Source: Phyllosticta citribraziliensis (taxonomy: Eukaryota). Taken from it: a stretch of 64,000 nucleotides of DNA. The notes under the pieces are model-generated. The model saw only the letters and a program-made list of their open reading frames with translations. It was not told the origin of the DNA and did no database searches. Shown in pieces: positions 59,898 through 64,000 of the stretch. The position numbers and the translations under genes were made by a program. Every line of letters starts with the position of its first letter. Within the stretch, counting starts at the first letter, position 1. The DNA lies in the NCBI RefSeq assembly GCF_038025025.1, contig NW_027117343.1, positions 1,612,001 to 1,676,000 of the forward strand, given 5' to 3'.

Positions 59898-61871
59898 ATG
59901 GCTGCCTCCGCCTCCTCCTCATCCCAAAGCCCAACACTCGACGCCCTATGGCACAATACTACCCCCACGGCTCTAACGTGCTGCGTCTGCGACCGCGGCA
60001 TCGAAGCATCAACGCAGCCCCTCGTCCGCACCTTTGCGCTGGAATCGTACATCATGAACAACTTCTCGCGAACCACCCTTCCAACCCCACCGCCCCGACC
60101 ACCACCGCCACCCTCCCACAAAATCACCGTGCCAGAGCAAAACGACACCCTTCTCCTCTACGACCGACACGCCACATGCCTCTCCGGCGTCGCGTACGTC
60201 AGCGTGTCGCACGTGTGGCACAGCACGGTAGCAGCGGTGCAATACAGGCGGGGAGAACAAACAGACGGCGCCGTAGAAGAGGCGCGACGGCTGGCATACG
60301 CGCTGCCCATGGGCGTGTACCGCGGGCTCGCAGCAGCACACAAGAACGACTCCACGTCCCTCGAGCTGTGGCACGACTACATCAGCGTGCCGCAGTGGGC
60401 CGACGAGGCCAAACGAAAGATTCTGACGCAGATCCCGCGGATTTATGCTGGCGCGGCGTACACGCTGGTGCACCTGGACGACGTGGACAGCGCAGCACTG
60501 GCGCTGATGCGGCGGGGCGCGACAACGCGCGAGCGCCTGACGGGCATCGTGCGCGTGTGCAACGCGGCGTGGTTCAGCCGCATGTGGACGGCCATGGAGC
60601 TAGTGCAGAGCCCGCGGCAGCGCGTGATGCTGCGCGACGGTGTTATCGAGGACGCGGGGCACACCGTGTTTTTGGGGGAGATGGACAGGGCGTTTTTGAG
60701 AGAGGTGCGCGAGCAGGGCGATGGGGGCAAGATTGGCGCCATTGTCAACAGCATCGGGGCCGGCGGCCGGAATCTCGAGCCGTGGATGCTCGGCCAGCTG
60801 TGCCAGGTGCACCATGATCTCAAGGTGCGCGGGACAACCGAGTTTGCGCAGGCCTTTGTGCTGCTGTCGCGGCGGCGCTTGACGCAGGCGCGCGACTTTT
60901 TCTACGCGCTGTTGGGCATGGTGGCGGCAGACATCGAGGCGGAGAAGCTGCGCAACGATCCGCAGACGGCGTGCTTACAGATTGCAATGTCATGTGTGAG
61001 TCGCGGAGACTACAGTCCGCTGCTGATGATACCGGCGTCGGTGAGGGAGTCGGGGCATCCGCAGATCGAGCACGGCTTCAACGACGTCAACACCTGGGGA
61101 CTGGACCGACCCGTCTTGCCGGCCAGCATCAAGAACGGAATCACCGTTCGGGGGAACAAGGTGCTGCTCAAGTGCGTCGAGATTGGGACTGTCCATTTTC
61201 TGCGCAGGTTCCGCTACGGCGAGCTCGCGGCCAGGGATCCGTCCGACATTCTGGGGTTTTCATACATTGCGCGACTGGCCTTGGATTTTACGGGGCCCGA
61301 TATCGAAGCTTTTGTAGAGACGGTGGGTGGGCGTATCTACGGCCAGAATCCTCAAGCCATTTTCGACCGCCTGGCACGCAAGGATCGATATCAGCATCTC
61401 AAACACCTCCTCACTCTGCGATACAACATTCCGCTCGAAGACCCGTGGGGAGCACCAAATGCATGCTGGATTGCGGACGCAATGGGGCTCTCCACGACCG
61501 AACTGGGGGGAAATCCAGAGCTCACCCCGCTAAAATGGTCCTACCACCACGGCGGCACGATGCACATGGGAGCTTCTGGTGCCATTGTCGGCATCGCATG
61601 TCCTGCGTGTCATGGCCGTTTTCTGTTCCGTGTCGCTCCATACAAGCTCCTTTCCGAAACTCTCGGAGCTGTAGCGTACAGGATTCCCGGGTTGAAATAC
61701 GCCCAGACGCGTTCCGATGGCATCGCAATTCTCGTCAAAGACGGACACATTGTCGGACGGATGATCTACGCCACGCCGGCCTGCGCGTGTCAAGAGGGCC
61801 GAGAGGTCGAGCTCGAGTTGCAAAAGCTGCCAGTCCCGGCACCAAACGAATACAAGTATGGGGGTTCGTGA
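59898..61871 (+). CDS. HET-domain (heterokaryon incompatibility, TIR-like) protein, intronless, 657 aa
   Basis: YVSVSHVW, LWHDYISVPQW, QIPRIYAGA.YTLVHLD, WFSRMWTAMEL are the PF06985 blocks; later RD.FYALLG motif. Confidence 0.85.
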   Translation: MAASASSSSQSPTLDALWHNTTPTALTCCVCDRGIEASTQPLVRTFALESYIMNNFSRTTLPTPPPRPPPPPSHKITVPEQNDTLLLYDRHATCLSGVAYVSVSHVWHSTVAAVQYRRGEQTDGAVEEARRLAYALPMGVYRGLAAAHKNDSTSLELWHDYISVPQWADEAKRKILTQIPRIYAGAAYTLVHLDDVDSAALALMRRGATTRERLTGIVRVCNAAWFSRMWTAMELVQSPRQRVMLRDGVIEDAGHTVFLGEMDRAFLREVREQGDGGKIGAIVNSIGAGGRNLEPWMLGQLCQVHHDLKVRGTTEFAQAFVLLSRRRLTQARDFFYALLGMVAADIEAEKLRNDPQTACLQIAMSCVSRGDYSPLLMIPASVRESGHPQIEHGFNDVNTWGLDRPVLPASIKNGITVRGNKVLLKCVEIGTVHFLRRFRYGELAARDPSDILGFSYIARLALDFTGPDIEAFVETVGGRIYGQNPQAIFDRLARKDRYQHLKHLLTLRYNIPLEDPWGAPNACWIADAMGLSTTELGGNPELTPLKWSYHHGGTMHMGASGAIVGIACPACHGRFLFRVAPYKLLSETLGAVAYRIPGLKYAQTRSDGIAILVKDGHIVGRMIYATPACACQEGREVELELQKLPVPAPNEYKYGGS

Positions 61872-63789
61872 AGAGTAGAAGATTTCATGCGTGAGTGTAG
61901 AACGACGGAAGAGACTGACCTTGTTCCTTGTTCGCTACATCTGCGCCCTAAAAATGTAGAGTGAAATGGGCCAAACAACGGGAATTGCCGACCGAAGGAG
62001 ACTGCGAAAGCCATCGTGGATTTGTCCTGGAATTACATGCTGTATCAGTCCAATTGGGTTATCTTTGGTGGTGCTGTGGCTGTGCATCCGGCAGTTTTCT
62101 GCCAGCACACCAACAAGTGGAGTCCGGCCTGGCCTCGTGCAACTGACGATTTCTCGCCATGAATTTCTCGTTTCTTTTTTTGCCGATGCGGATACGCCAT
62201 TCTCTTGGCTCGCCCTGAATGACGTTGATTGGTCTATTTGATTGCCGCCTTGTGGCACGCACGCTGGCAGCCGAGGTTTGCAAAGAACGTGCGCGCGTAC
62301 CTGACCAGTCGCTGGTCGCCACAAGCTGTCTCCGAGTTTCGAGCCGTTGCCAGGGGGGGAGGCGGATTCTTGTTCTCAGCAGGTCTGCGAGGTGGTCATA
62401 TGCGAGGAGGAATGACGAGCGTAGTCGAGGTCGATTGCAAGCTGCATGTTCCCCGCAAAGGGTCGAGGGAGGGACCCGGGCGCAGGGACCACGGCGGTTT
62501 GAAACGCAGCGAGGGCAGCGGGTGAGGCGCAGCGGGCGGATGGGAGCCGGCAGCTTGGCGAGGAGGATGGAGGTTGTAGAGCAACAAAGAGCAGAGACGA
62601 AGGATCAAAAAAGAGACAAGAAGTCGACTCTAGAAAAGGGTCTGGATCTGAGTGTGGCTCACGCAGTGTGGAGGTGGCAGTGGCTCTTGATTCGAGAAGC
62701 CGGTGGGAGGCCCAGGGATGCAGCATGTTTCAACCCGCAGCGACAAGGTTTCAACCGCTTTGCGACTCCTTGGGGCCAAACTTTGTGCTGACCTCGCCGC
62801 CAACGACACGTCCCTTTGTGATGGTTGGTGGTGCACGCCGATCCAGATTTCCCTTGCTTCCTGGCTGGCCAGCGACGGCGAGGGTGAGGTCATGGCCCGG
62901 CGAGCTGGCGCCGGTGGCATGCCTCGCATGCCCTTTTCTGAACGAGCGGAGGTGGACTGTGTGCTGTGGGTAGTGGGTAGGGTAGGGTAGCTGTGGGTGA
63001 GGTGCCGATCAAGCGTGTCGCAAGGCCGACGATGCTGAGACTGGAGGACTGGCGGACTGGCGGACTGGCGGACCTGGAGGGACAGGTGAGTGTTGAACAA
63101 GAGCGACGAGAACAGGAATTGACGGTTGACAGACACAGTGCATGGGCCTGGACCTGATGGCGTTTTTGAGTGGATGGCTTGTGGTGATGATGTCGGTGGT
63201 CGAGGCAGACCGGACGGTCCGGTGCACTGGTCGGCCGGTACAACGCCCGGCCGCCGGCTCTACAGCGTAAGGTACGTACCTTAGCAACTTGACGACTCTG
63301 GTTCTCTCTTCTTCTTCTTCTTCCTCCTCCTCCGCTTCTTCCACACACCACTCACCCGCCCTCTCACCAAGCTTCATGCGACACGGCCCCTCTCGCAGTA
63401 CTTGGTGTACGTCGTGCCCCTACTGCGCGTCTGCTCTCCGTCTCCCTGCTGACCTGCAGGCGCGACGCCACGACAGGACCTGGACTCCAAAGCACATGAA
63501 CCGTACATGAAGCTTCAAGAAGGAACGCTGCCACTGTTTCTCCTCCGGCAGTTGCAAAAGACGCCCTACGACTGCTCTTCTCCAGTGACGACAGCCACCA
63601 CCGTGGTGGGGTCGCCCTCTCCTCTCAACAAGGAAATCACCGCACCCACGCACCCACGCACCCACGCACCCTTCAACGCTCACCCTCGATTGAATTCCAA
63701 GAGCGCGGCATCCTGCTACCTCTCCTCCGTCGCCGCTTCCGCCCCTCAGATCCTAAAATCTAAATTTCCTACGTCCTAGAGCCGCCACC

Positions 63790-64000
63790 ATGTCACTCGC
63801 CGCGTCCTTCAAGCAGCCCGGGGATGGAGGCGCAGGCACAACCTGGAAACGGGCAGATGTCAACATCAGCGACGCCTGGAATTCCGCTGCAGGCACCGCG
63901 CAAGAAGATGAGGGCATGTCTCTAGCACAGCTTACCGCTTCTTGCGCAGTCGGTCTTGTGGCTCTGGGCTTTTGCCTTTTCGTATTCACCATCTTGCGTA
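63790..64000 (+). CDS. 5' end of a membrane protein, probably OSCA/CSC1/RSN1 (DUF221) family; truncated by the window edge
   Basis: Ideal Kozak GCCGCCACCATG; open frame to the end of the window, MSLAASF...AAGTAQEDEGMSLAQLTASCAVGLVALGFCLFVFTILR, resembling the first TM helix of fungal CSC1/RSN1 proteins. Absent from the ORF track because it has no stop. Confidence 0.55.
   Translation, partial: MSLAASFKQPGDGGAGTTWKRADVNISDAWNSAAGTAQEDEGMSLAQLTASCAVGLVALGFCLFVFTILR

Overview
Eukaryotic genomic DNA from a filamentous ascomycete (short GT-AG introns with CTAAC/CTGAC branch points, Zn2Cys6, CFEM, HET and Hce2 genes; Dothideomycete-like, genus not determinable from sequence alone). About 17 protein-coding loci could be reconstructed by hand. 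In order: MFS hexose transporter; phosphopantothenate-cysteine ligase (CAB2); two Zn2Cys6 transcription factors; a PhyH-type 2OG-Fe(II) dioxygenase; a secreted Ecp2/Hce2-like effector; a CFEM/PTH11-like GPCR; a FAD flavoprotein; NADH-cytochrome b5 reductase; cytochrome P450; CocE/NonD hydrolase; peroxisomal 4CL-like acyl-CoA ligase; SED5; a giant FYV8-like locus; GH27 alpha-galactosidase; a HET-domain protein; and the start of a probable OSCA/CSC1 channel. Highlights: (1) a contiguous flavoprotein / b5 reductase / P450 / esterase / peroxisomal CoA ligase block at 29.9-43.6 kb with recurring CCTCGG (FarA/CTF1-type) motifs in its promoters, a candidate catabolic cluster with no core synthase; (2) a FYV8-like gene whose stop lies inside an in-frame splice donor, predicting ~1084-aa and ~2516-aa isoforms; (3) an Hce2/Ecp2 homolog apparently lacking one disulfide pair; (4) a divergent TF-dioxygenase pair with dense CreA-type sites; (5) a decayed ~0.5 kb tandem duplication of the CAB2 3' region. 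No RNA genes, CRISPR arrays or intact transposons were seen. All family calls come from motif recognition, not database searches.
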